A stretch of DNA of 55,346 nt, counting the filler, from Sphacelaria rigidula (Eukaryota): the NCBI GenBank assembly GCA_964200075.2. It is 6 parts of 6 records of this genome, joined end to end, with 100 filler letters (N's around TTAATTAATTAA, not from the genome) between each part and the next. Parts side by side here need not be neighbours in the genome. Positions count along the whole stretch, not along the records: positions 1 to 9,142 come from CAXNAA020009197.1; positions 9,243 to 18,384 come from CAXNAA020009198.1; 4 more parts are not named here. One strand, 5' to 3'. The position numbers and the translations under genes were made by a program. The notes below the pieces were generated by a model. That model was not told where the DNA came from and made no database searches. It saw nothing but the letters and a program-made list of their open reading frames with translations. Of this stretch, positions 1 to 10,958 are shown one piece after another; the first letter of the stretch is position 1, and the number at the start of each line of letters is the position of its first letter.

Positions 1-81
1 CTCCCCCTCCCCCTCCCCCTCCCACTCCCACTCATATCCTGCGCGTTGCTGGTTCGGTTTCGTTTCGTTGGCCTGCTTCAG

Positions 82-232
82 GACTGTGCTAATGCAGCGA
101 CGGGAAAAAGCCGAGAAAGATGCGGAGGAGAAGGAAGAGAAGGAGGCGAACGGAGAGTCATCGGCGGATGCGGACGCCAACCCCAAGGAAAGCACAAAAG
201 TCGTCGCAAAAGGGGGAAAGGCAAAAGAATAG
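82..232 (+). CDS. Probable terminal exon of an unidentified host gene (charged, low-complexity C-terminus)
   Basis: A pyrimidine-rich acceptor (ctgcttcag) ends at 81. The frame then reads TVLMQRREKAEKDAEEKEEKEANGESSADADANPKESTKVVAKGGKAKE to TAG at 230-232. Upstream exons lie outside the fragment. Confidence 0.55.
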
Positions 233-1069
233 GGGGGCGCAGGGTCCTTATGTGTTGACGAGGATCTTTCCCGGGATTTTCGGCGGTGGTTTGTCCCTTC
301 CTGGTTGTTGGATTCTTTGCCCTGCTCCTTCGCCCCTCCCCGCTCTCCCCTTATATGTGCTTTGTGTCGATGACGGGATTGGTGGCTGCTTGCGTGCCTT
401 TTTGTAGATCACGGAGGGGTAGGCGGGGCATTGATCTAGTCAGTGTGTGAGGTGATCGTGGATGTTTAGAACGCCTTTGTGGCCGCCTGTGGTTCACTGC
501 TTTGTTAAGATTTCAGCGCGAATGGCTCAAGCGCGGAAATCACGACTGCGTTTTGGGACAGTGCGGACCGATGCGGAATAATTGTCGTTGATTTATTCTG
601 TGCACAGCTGTGTAAACGTCTGAATCATGAGTGAACCATGTCGGCGGCGCAACATGCAAACGGAGAGACGATGCCGTGTTGTGGCTCCAAACAATGGTAA
701 AAATTTTCTTCTTATTTTTATCATATACAGCAGCCGACCCGCTGCGCGTTGGGACCTACTGTTCGGGTGAGCAAACATTGATTCACGGAACTGACCTTTG
801 CAAGCGATTCGAAGATTCAAACAGTTCACACAAGATATTTTTGGTGACTAGAAATTGAGGAAATCGCACAGACTACACGTGGCCGTTTGCACTTGGTACC
901 CAATGTCCAAACTTGGCCTCTTCAGTGCACAGGCAACGCACTACAGCCGAGCGTCAGTCATGAGAGAGCATAGGGAGCACACTTGAACTGTGCTGGCTGC
1001 AGAGAAGTGACAGGAGAAGAGCCAACTGGTTGTAATACAGCGATCGTCGTGTGCACCGGGACTTTCAGA

Positions 1070-1535
1070 GACCGCTCTTTATGGCAGACAGTGATTTGTT
1101 TTTGGAAAGGTGCCCTTTTTGGGCTTTCACGTCGTTTCACACCCTACGAGATGCTAGGCGGATGGATTTTGACACCTTGGAATGCCTTGTGTATTCGTTG
1201 AGACGGTTCCAGCACGCCTGTGCGTTTTTCCGGTGGTTGCAGTTCTATTCGGCTCACCTTGCATTTTGCTCGGAAACCGGTGACGTCCAAACAAATCTCG
1301 GAAATCTTTTTGGACTTGACTGGCTTCCGAGGAAAACGCAAGTCAGGGCAAGAAGATACTGCGGCCACCGGAAAACACACAGGTTTGCTGAAACCGTCTC
1401 AACGAGCACAGCAAGGCATTTCAAGGTGTCAAATCCGCCAAGCTCTCTTTTAAAGGCGTAAAGTAACGTACGACCTCCAAAAGACCGCTTTTCCAGATTG
1501 TTTTCTTCATTTTTGTCTGCCATGAGGAGCGTTCT
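1070..1535. repeat. Long imperfect palindrome (foldback element)
   Basis: Arms pair around a centre near 1300, e.g. ttgacaccttggaatgccttg / caaggcatttcaaggtgtcaa, tcgttgagacggtt / aaccgtctcaacga, cgctctttatggcagaca / tgtctgccatgaggagcg. The exact termini are unclear. Confidence 0.8.
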
Positions 1536-2329
1536 AAACCTCTTCAATTGACTTGAACGTTTCCCTTAGCCACAGCAAGTGGCACTAAGTGGTACGTGTT
1601 GGAAGCTGAACACAGGCTGACTGAGAGGGGCTCGAGGGTTTCGAAGCAAGTGGCTTGCGTCTACGAACGTCATGGCCGCGGACACAACTGAATCTTGCAC
1701 GGTTCGGACGAAAAAACTCGTGATCCATCTCACCTTGACATTTGTACGAATCAATCATACGATTCGTACCCAAAATGTGATCAGTACATGTTCTGGGGCC
1801 AGTGATTCATGCGACGCTGCCTACAGTGTACACATTCCCAGTTCGTGAATCATGAGGTACCCTGTCGAAGGTACACGATTCCTACCTTCCATTTGTATGT
1901 TATCAATCATGGGAAAATGTTCCTCACCTTCAAAGCACACGGCTTGAATCACAGGTGCATGTTTCTCCCCCTCCATCCATGCAACATGAACTCCAATTTC
2001 ATAAAGTGAAATTGGTATCTGCTGCGGGCAAAAATTCGACAAACCGGTTTTGTACGGCTCCGTTTTTGCGACAGGATTTCTGCGATCTAATTTTTGCGAC
2101 CCGATTCTTGCGATAATTTTCATGCCAGATTTTCCCGCTCTTGAACCCCTATTGATTTCGTTTTGGGGGGGATGACTTCGTCGAACAGACACCTAACACA
2201 TCCTGCTCCAAGGGGCACCTGGACACACAGTAATTGCCGCTACCTACCTAGTATCATCCTCCAAATCCAAGTCTTGATTGAGGACCCCCAGCGTTTGGTG
2301 CCCATGTACAAGCAAAGATGATCTTCATC

Positions 2330-2900
2330 TATAGTAGTCAGCATCAGAAGTTTTCAGAATCCGTTGTTGTTGTAGTTTTTGAGTTTTTCTCGAATACTGT
2401 TCTTCATTACTACTTGAAAGTTCTAGCGCCGGTAGATTCAGGGGAAAGCGTAGGCCGCGCTCAAACTGCAGTGCTCAAGTTGGTGTTTTTGGGCGATTCG
2501 GACTAGATACCCCGTTTATCAGGAGGGTGTTATTGACCGTTTGTGGTCCAATAAAAGCAGTTTTCTGGCTTTTCCGCAACGAAACGGTAAATGTTCGGAT
2601 AAACGAATACGTACACAATTCTTCACAATAACGATCGAGATCGTGTTTCCCTCCCATACTGCACAGACCTCAATCTATCAGTTTCTGCGGATGGCCTCCT
2701 TTCGGGGGGGTTTCGCGTACCACTTCCCATGAGCACTCGGAAGTGCTAGCATCGATGGGTTTGGCAGAATAAGCAGACCGTGCTCCAATCACAATGCCCA
2801 AGTTGGTGTTGTGGGGGCGATACGGAGTAAAGAATCCGTTGATCAGGAGAATGTTGTTGGTCGTAAATGGTCCAAGAAACATGGTTTTCGGCTTCAGCGC
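2330..2900 (-). pseudogene. Decayed ORF with two diverged ~105-110-aa tandem units
   Basis: Two in-frame units: KTMFLGPFTTNNILLINGFFTPYRPHNTNL and KTAFIGPQTVNNTLLINGVSSPNRPK/TNL, about 330 bp apart. Stops and a frameshift are present. Confidence 0.45.
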
Positions 2901-3458
2901 AGTGAATAGTTATTGAACTTCAAAAACATATTTATTTTGAGTCTTCACTTATATGATCGGTATCGAGTCGGTCCACCGAATACCGGGAAGCTAGAACCTG
3001 GAGTTGCACTTTTGCAGGAACCCCGAAATTCGGTCAAGCCCGTAAGTCACTCAATAAACGACCGAAATGCGGTGCATATATGTTTCACGATAAAAGTGAG
3101 AAGAAAAAAAAACGAAGGAGCCACGGTACTAATAATAAGCTGCCACGTAAAGAAATTCGTGAAGAGAATGAAGGAAATAAGTGACTCCATATTCTGGGGA
3201 AAATGCGAGACAAAAAGAAGACGAAGAGTCCGGCGTGAATAAAACTTTATAACATGTCGCGGAGGAAGAAATGAACACACGACGCGGAGTGGCGTTTGCC
3301 AGATCTATGCCGGTAATCCGAGGAGTAGGTAGTCCACTAAGGTTCGGTTGGGATTTGGATTATTGTTTTTTGAACAACGGGAAGACAACAATTTGGGGAT
3401 GGAGGGTTGTATTTCATTTTTTGGACAAGGAATAGATTGAGGACGAGGGTAGCCTCTG

Positions 3459-3538
3459 GGGTGCCTGTAACCTCAAATTCGGACGTGACAGACCTTGTGC
3501 AACGTCTGTAACGTCCAACGTTGAGGTTACAGGCACCC
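3459..3538. repeat. 80-bp near-perfect hairpin / micro-MITE with GGG..CCC ends
   Basis: gggtgcctgtaacctcaa ... ttgaggttacaggcaccc, with inner pairing ggacgtgacagac / gtctgtaacgtcc. Confidence 0.75.
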
Positions 3539-4302
3539 AAGTGGTCACCCGTGGATGGATGGTTGAATGAATTTTATATTTTGGACAAGGGAAGGACAAT
3601 ATTGATCGCAGATATTTTTTCCATCAATATTTGTCGAGAGGATTACAATATCTCCAGATGCCCATTTTTTGGCATCCAACAGTCACAGTGATGAACGGTC
3701 GCAAGCGAAGCAGATTTGGAAAATCTTTGAGAAACTAAGAAATAACAGGAGATTCTATAAAATGAGGTTCATCAATGAAACGAGGTTTGAAGACCCTAGC
3801 CGTTGAGTGACGAAAAGCCCTCAGGAGTACCGCACGACACTGCTGATGCGCAATTTCGAGGAGGAGTAGGAAGTGCGTCCGTGTTTCACATTAGCTGCGG
3901 GCGACGGAGCATAACAGCGCTTGTTTGATTGTCGACGGATGTTTTCACTGTTGTTTATCTCGAGGCTCGTGTCCAGACAAAATCTCGGGCGTCAAGTTGC
4001 TGTCAGTAAGGTCAGTAAGGCGCTGTCAGTGATGTGGTGGGGGGATATCACTGCCAACGCAGTGATGTGCCGAGCGGATGATTGGGCGTCCACTGTCCTG
4101 AAGAATCGACGGCCGATACACAACGTGGATAGTTTATTGCACGACTCAACCGTACTGCAAATACCTGTCGAGCTTTCCAATCCGGTTCGAGCATATATGA
4201 GGCGGCAATGTCTCTGTCGAAAGAGAAATCGTTGGCATCCACCCCCAAGATCGCTTCGTACGGTCCCGCCATACACACCATCGCAACACCGCATCATGCT
4301 AC

Positions 4303-4552
4303 GACACTTTCTACGATAGCCCCCCCCAGAAAAGTGCATGGTTTTTGGAGGCAAAATCTTCAGGTAAATCGAAGTGGGAAGAGCCGAGCACAACGAGCAG
4401 CTGGGAATTCCCACGCTTGGGTTCGTTCTCGCCAATGTTGCTAATATGAGGCGCTTCACGCAGCCTGACCCCAAACATCAGGCGCGGTATGGCCATTTTT
4501 TTCGTGACACTTTTCGGCTGGTTTTGGGGGGGGGGCTATCGTAGAAAGTGTC
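4303..4552. mobile_element. 250-bp MITE with GAC..GTC termini and a 4-bp TSD (Sola-like)
   Basis: TIRs gacactttctacgatagccccccc / gggggggctatcgtagaaagtgtc. TSD CTAC at 4299-4302 and 4553-4556. A diverged inverted copy lies at ~42964-43200. Confidence 0.85.
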
Positions 4553-4676
4553 CTACATGACAGCATCTCGACCCCGCCCTGAACCGTACGTTCGCGCCCG
4601 CATCCCCACCTGTATGTGAACCTATTGCTTTTACTCTCCAACTGCGCCACTCAAACTCGAGACTCCAGCGTCATCG

Positions 4677-5430
4677 CTAGTTGCTATTGCCATCACCACC
4701 ATCATCACCATCGCCATCACTTCCCGTATCACAGTCATCATGGTCATCATCGGCGGCTACCTCGTCCTCCAACCCCTCTCGATCCGTGTCGCGTCTGGCC
4801 CTCAGCCACCTTTGCTCGAATCCCGATCCACCTACGACTAGATCCCCGAGAGTGACCGCGATAGGTTGCTTCGCGGTGAGCCTCCCTTTCCTCTCTCGAC
4901 TCTCTGGCACACTGGCTATTACAACATGCTGCGTGCCATCTGCGCCGCCTATCGCAGCGGTAATGTACGAGTCTCTGGGGCCGTTAGGCGGTATTTTCGA
5001 CCGGATCCCCATCACAACACCCTCCCCGCCCGTATCCCATTCTAAATGATAGAAGGGGCACGTGTCTGAGACCTCCAACAACAGGGCCGCTTCCGGCTGG
5101 TAGGCTTCCCTGCCGGGTTCTACGAGGCGCCTGAGTTGTCTGTTCGATGCGATCAAGACCACGCGAATACATTGCTGATGCAGATTTCTTGAGGTATCGA
5201 ATCCACAGCCTCTCTAGGCGTGTTGTATACCCTGTACTTTCCCCACAAGGGGATTTCAGGGTATACGATCTTCTGCTGGCCGGGCTTCGTGATGAGGAAC
5301 CGAAATCAACGGTGGACAAGGTAGAGACTGAAAGAACGAAGTAGTTCTTGATGTGGCGTGATATCTCAAGGAGATGCACAGAGCCAGCACGAAGTGGTGG
5401 TAAAGCACACTTGCTTGTCGAAAAGACTGA
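4677..5430 (-). pseudogene. Frameshifted relic ORF of unknown function with an acidic C-terminal tail, cut by the copia LTR
   Basis: Protein-like segments in three frames (IKNYFVLSVSTL / LITKPGQQKIVYPEIPLWGKYRVYNTP / VLIASNRQLRRLVEPG...DDDHDDCDTGSDGDGDDGGDGNSN*). The LTR boundary is at 5431. Confidence 0.4.
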
Positions 5431-5790
5431 TGTTGGAAATTGGCGCTTATGTGGCCGAGAATCTCAGGGAAGAAAGTGAAGAAGAAAAAGAGAGTGAGAG
5501 GGTGTGGGGGCAACCCACAAGTACCCTCGGATCAATGCGCTACGCCTAAGTTCTTACTTATGAGAATATTCTTACTTATGAGAATCCTACGACTTTACAT
5601 TAACCCGACAGAACTCTTGAACAAAGTAATGAGAATCCTAGAACTTTACATTCACCCGACAAAGACGGAAGCTCCGCTAACAATCTTAGAACAGTTGCAA
5701 TCCTCTGAGGATGCGGAAGTTGTACTGTTATTTACCCGATATGAGCGACTATCGACATAAGAGACCAATAACAAATCTGCTGTTCTAACA
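5431..5790 (-). repeat. 3' LTR (360 bp) of the copia element
   Basis: Inverted termini TGTTAGAA..TTCCAACA on the minus strand, preceded by the purine-rich tract CGCGGGGGCG (5791-5800). Short internal duplications (ttcttacttatgagaat x2). Confidence 0.85.
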
Positions 5791-6099
5791 CGCCCCCGCG
5801 ATGGAAGCCTATTTCGATGAATGCTACGAAGTGCGCCCCCGTGATGGAAGCTTTCTACAGAGAAGGTTGAACAAGCACGCTGACAAATTTCATTACCGAT
5901 GTCCTGAGCGTCCGAAGAAAAGAAGGAAATGCGAAGCAAAAACAAAGTATGCTCATAATGCAGCCGTCGTTACGCTACATACACAAAAAGGAAACCGTTG
6001 ATACAGCCCGCTAAGTGAGTAGGCCAAGCTAAACCATCCTGGTTATCCAAGAAAAGCAAAAAAAAACAGTAGAACCGCGAAGAAAAGCTGTGGAATTCC

Positions 6100-9000
6100 T
6101 CAAGTTGAAAAGTGGTGACGTGGTAGCTTGCCCTGCTGGAGGTCCGGTCCCCTAAGGATGGCCGCAAGCACCTGCGTGAAGAGGGGCCTAGCCAGGAACT
6201 TGGTGAGGATATCGCTGAGTTGACGCTTCGTGGAGACGTGGTCGATGATAATCTTGTCGTCGGTGATCTAATCGCGAAGGCCAGCGAACCTGATCGCGAG
6301 GTGTTTGCTCCTGCTGCTGTACGAGCCTTGTCCCGCGAGTAGCAGGGCGCCCTTGTTGTCGCAAAATATGCGGGCGCTGCGGAAGGTACTCCATCCGAGC
6401 TCTCCGAGGATGCCACACAGGTAAATAAATACCTTGTCTCGCGCAAGAGCTCATGGCAATCAACCCTGCTCCGGTGGTAGATTGGGCTGAGATTTTCTGA
6501 ACGCTAGCCGAGAAGTGTATGACACCCCCAGCAAGGAAGTAGATGCTCCCCGATGTAGACCTAGCCTTCTCCGGGTTGCCCGTGCCGTAAGAGGCGTCAC
6601 AGAACCCAGTGAGCTCGAAGCTGCTGTTCCGGCTGTAGGTGATGCGAATGTCAGGGGTGCCGCGCAGGTATCACAGAATGCGTTTCACGGCCCCCATGTG
6701 TACTGAGGTTGGCTTGCTCATGAACCGTGCCGCCTGTGACACTGCGGAGCAGATGTCCACGCGGGTGCACTGGTACAGGAAGATGAGGGACCCCACGATG
6801 CTCTGGTAGTCGAAAGTGTCATCCTTGTCGAGCGGCACGCTGCCTTCGGGCTCCGCGGTCAGCTCGTTGCCGATCCCAGGTGTGTGTACTGCGCTGCAGT
6901 CGGACATGCCGCACTTTTGCAATAGCGACATTACGTAGGGCCCTTGGCTGATGCTGATGGTGCCTAGCTGCTTGTCCTGGATGATGTCGATCCCCAAGAT
7001 TTTAGTGGCATCGCCAAAATCCGTCATAGAAAACTTGTCCATGAGTGCTTCCCGGAGTTTGGCCACGATTGCTGAGTTGGGTCCCGTGATGAGGAGGTCG
7101 TCCACGTACAGAGTGAGCATGATGTAGTCGTCTCCGCTGCCCTTGCGTGACGTATACGCACGCGTCGCTCACGGTCGGTTCGAAGCCGAGTGCTCGCAGA
7201 TCGCCGTCGATGGTGCTGTTCCATGCTTTTGGTGACTGCCGCAGCCCGTGGATGGACTTGTGCAGCTTCATGATGAACGGTCGCCCCCGCGAGTTCTTCT
7301 TTTCGAACCCGGGCGCCTGCCGCATGTGGACTTCTTCCTCGAGCTTCCCGTTGAGAAATACTGTTGAGAAGTCCATGGCTGAGACGCTCCATCCGTTGGC
7401 AGCGGCGATGGCAAGAAGGAGGTGTTGACTCTCGATCCGGCAGACCGGCGCAAACGTGCTGCCGCAGTCTATGCCGTGCCTCTGCGACCAGCCCGTTCCG
7501 ACGACTCTGCCTTTGAATCGCCCATCCGTTTTTGCCTTGAACACCCAGCGTGAGCCGATGATGTTATGGCCTGGAGGAACTGCTTCCGGAGGGACCAGCT
7601 CAAACACCTAGAGGTCGATGAGGCTCTGGTGCTCCTTCCAGACGACCGTCAGCCATTCCTCAGAATGAGGCGAGGCCATTGCCTCCTTGAAGGTGTTGGG
7701 TACAGGGATGGCCCCTGGAGTAGTGACCTTATGTAGTCCCACAACGCCGATGTAGTGACTCACTTGTTGCATAAGCGAGTACGGCTCTTGACGTGCAGCG
7801 AAGTCCACGGCAAGCGCCAGCTGGCGTAGCGCCCGCGCTTGGTTCAGGCCGGAGGGAGAAAACGTTTTTGTAGCGGTAGCCGCGGGTTTCGGAGATGAGG
7901 ATGTTGCCGATCGTAGTTGCCGCGTAGAGCCGAGCGGTGAATCATTCGAGTCGTCTGCTGCGTCCAGCTGCTGATGCCGTTGAAAAAGCGGTCGTTGGTG
8001 TTGTAGTTGATGATGTCGATACTGTCATCGACACTGTTGCTGTCCAGCGCGAAGTCCTTATAAATTGGGTCGTCGCTGTAATCTTGGCCCCGGGCGCCGG
8101 TTGTGGTGCGAACAGCGACCGGCGGCGTCTCTATGAAAGTGACGTTGCGGGTGCTGATGACCTGCCCTGTGTGGCGGTCGTAGATTCGGTAGGTAGGCTT
8201 GTCGTTGTCGTAGCCGATAAGAACTCCTTCACGCGCCCTAGGATCTAGCTTGCGTAGATGCCCTCATGGTGGACGAAGGCGCGCGCCCCGATGGTGCGCA
8301 GGAAGGATAGATCGGCGTGCTTACCGAACATCCTGTAGTAGGGGGTGTTTTCGCCGATAGTCTTGTTCGTCAGGCGGTTCAGGAGAAAAACCGCAGTGGC
8401 CGCCATTTCCCCCCAGAAGGACTTTGGGAGGGCTGCGCCGTTGAGAAGGCACCGGGCCACGTCCATGATTGTGCGCCCGTCGCGCTCGCTGAGGCCGTTT
8501 TGCTCCGGCGTACTGAGCGAGCTGAGCTGTTGGACGATCGCGGTGGTCTTGCAGTACTCGCGGTAGTAGCCGGCGATAAACTCGCCACCACCGTCGGCCC
8601 GTAGGTGCTGAATTCGAAGTCCCAGCGCCATAGCCAAGTCTTGCACAAATTTGACGAGCGTTATGAGTGCTTCGTCCTTGGTGGAAATGAAGTAGACGGC
8701 TTTGAATTTGCTGTAGTGGTCGGAGTACTTGGCCATGTACCTGAAATTCCCACGCGCCGGGGGCGTTACGGGTCCCATAGGTCCGTGCTGACCAATTGCA
8801 GCCTTTCGGAGATGACGGTTGAAGCCGGCTTGTGCCGAATCGGCTGTCTGACGCCCTTGTTGATTTGGCAGACCTCGCACGAGGTCAGCGGGCCGGTGAA
8901 CTGAACACCCGTCTCGGCGATGTCCTGCGCCGCCTGCATAGTGCGATCGTTGGGATGTCCAAGGCGCTGGTGCCACGTGTTTGCCCCCGCCGCCGGCATG

Positions 9001-9134
9001 GCGGTAGCCCGTTGAACCGGCAAAAGGGTAGTTGAAGTGGCCGGCAACCCCGGCGTGGCCGTCAGAGCCGGCGGTGTTGCTGTGGAAGCTGTAGGTGCCG
9101 CTGTGGCCCCGCTACGAATTAGACGTGAGGCCAT
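6100..9134 (-). pseudogene. copia pol (INT-RT-RNaseH) pseudogene
   Basis: ORF pieces 8245-8976, 7608-7808, 7002-7607 and 6671-7120, plus RNase H to the stop at 6100. Several stops and frameshifts, including a 4-bp ATTT duplication near 6425. Confidence 0.9.
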
Positions 9135-9142
9135 TGCTCTTC

Positions 9143-9242
9143 NNNNNNNNNNNNNNNNNNNNNNNNNNNNNNNNNNNNNNNNNNNNTTAATTAATTAANN
9201 NNNNNNNNNNNNNNNNNNNNNNNNNNNNNNNNNNNNNNNNNN
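9143..9242. other. Artificial concatenation linker
   Basis: 44 N + TTAATTAATTAA (stops in all six frames) + 44 N. Confidence 0.99.
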
Positions 9243-9329
9243 TGGAAAGGCGAGCCTACGTCTGTGGCCACGGGTTCGCGAGATCGGACTAATGTGCGGA
9301 AATAATAATAACAATAACTAAACATGACG

Positions 9330-9510
9330 CGTTACAGGTTCACCTCCACAGGTTACTTCTTCCGAATACGAGCTTGTCCTCGGTACTTCTTCTACAAACA
9401 GTTCGCAAGTCGGGTTGCCCACTTGAGCCTCATCTCAGAGTTTAACCTTAATTCGCACATTTTGCTGTTAGATCCAGCACACGCCGCTTTCATCCTACGG
9501 CACGAGTGAC
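9330..9510 (-). mobile_element. Possible tRNA-derived SINE fragment
   Basis: Shares ctcagagtttaaccttaattcgcacattt with the 37141-37170 copy, whose reverse complement contains a B-box-like GGTTCAACTCC. Confidence 0.35.
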
Positions 9511-9663
9511 TACCTTTCTATCTTTGCTGGACGTTGAGATTTGTGTACCGTAGCTGTGTTTATCGTGCGGTGTCCCCTCACCCTGACTGCTGTAGTGTTT
9601 CGTTCACCGCTTACAACCACGCTTACTTTTTCGGTGCGACAATTGCGTAGTCGCAACTGCCGC

Positions 9664-9672
9664 AGTAGTAGC

Positions 9673-9726
<54 letters not shown>
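9664..9726. repeat. (TAG)n microsatellite
   Basis: About 20 near-perfect AGT/TAG units. Confidence 0.95.
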
Positions 9727-10958
9727 TGTGGTAGTAGCAACTGCAGCTCCAGCGTGCAGAGTACTCTAGTGCACACTATTTGTTCTCCCGCGCGACAATC
9801 TGCACCAACACAATTGACAAATTCGGTGCTGTACGTCTCTCATCGCACCTACCATCAGGTTTCCATCACACCCCAGCCCCGCTTCTACACTTTTCGCTGG
9901 GTGAGCCCTACGTGGTCAACTTTTTACCTTTGGGTCGTGCATTCCACGACGCGCTTTTCATCATTTGTGCGTGTACTGGTGGATACATCTTTCATCTTTC
10001 GCGTGGGTACTACATACACATTTTCTTTTCCCTTTCGGCCCTGCACTGCGTGATCCACTTTTTCCTCTTTGGTGCTACACTACCTGGATCGCTTTAGGAT
10101 TTCCTGATTTCTTGTTCGAAAGTTCGTATCCCCCTGTGGTCTTTTCAGTTTGGCGCCTGATCTGCACCAACATTAATGTCTTAGTCGGCTGCTACGGTTG
10201 TCTCCTCTTGGATCCCTGCACCTGACTTCAGTGTTTCGCATCCTCGCTGCCGCGCTGTTGATTGTCTTTCTGTATTGAATTCCAACACTATTCACGCATC
10301 GCCTTCACTTTAGCCACGTGATCCATACTAGTTTTGGTGCCCATTTTCGCGGTCTCGACTTGTGTTTTTTTTCTACACCTCCTGTGTGCGGTGTCTTACT
10401 TGCACCACTGACGTACCCCTGTCCAGCGTGTGCCTGGCCACTAAGTACCCCTGTCATATTTGACGTGCACAGTGCGCCCGTCGGACATCTGTCCGGGTGT
10501 CGGTCTTCTTTCACAGTCGTTTCATTGTTAGGTTTTGCTCGTGCATCCAACCTCTCGTGCGACAACTGTTGGGTTTATCTGTAAGTTGGTTCCTTTGTGA
10601 CTATTTACACCTTTGGTACACCTTCAGTGCGCCCCCTCTACTCCCCCATACACAGTTTCCTCTACAGGTGTCTTATTTCCGCCGCAGTTCCTCCCTTTTC
10701 GGCGTATATTAATCTCCACCTTTTTGCTCTGCTGTCTACCTTTTCGGTACTTAAAATTGCCGAGATTACGCTGATTGTTATTATCACAGCAGTCTACTCT
10801 ACTTTGGTGTACCTCCGTTTATAGAGTTCTGTAGTCTTTACTGCTTAATTTGTTTTTCGGTACTTACAATCTCCTGCCGAGCCGACACTACCTGCTATTA
10901 TTGACCAGAACTATTGTACTCTGGTGTTTGGCGTCCATTTCTACCTTTTCAGTTTAAT

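Larger units (their letters stand above)
5431..9142 (-). mobile_element. Ty1/copia LTR retrotransposon (3' part; 5' end cut off by the linker), defective
   Basis: Domain order is GAG-pre-integrase (TWHQRLGHPN), integrase (SDHYSKF, ADGGGEF, EQNGLSER), RT (SRWVFKAK, LYVDDLLI), RNase H (FCDASY, CDNKGAL, RSKHLAIR, QLSDILTK), then PPT and 3' LTR. Confidence 0.95.

Noticed and set aside
6100..6430. Apparent truncation of copia RNase H and capture of foreign sequence
   Set aside because: A 4-bp duplication shifts the frame, and RNase H continues normally to the stop at 6100.
9187..9198. TTAATTAATTAA as a piggyBac target or biological motif
   Set aside because: It is identical in all five N gaps: a six-frame stop linker.
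9510..10053. Poly-Leu and poly-Ser ORFs
   Set aside because: They are translations of the (TAG)n microsatellite.
10145..10350. Gypsy PBS candidates (tggcgcctgatc, tggtgcccatt)
   Set aside because: There is no second LTR to fix the boundary, and I cannot match them to a tRNA 3' end.
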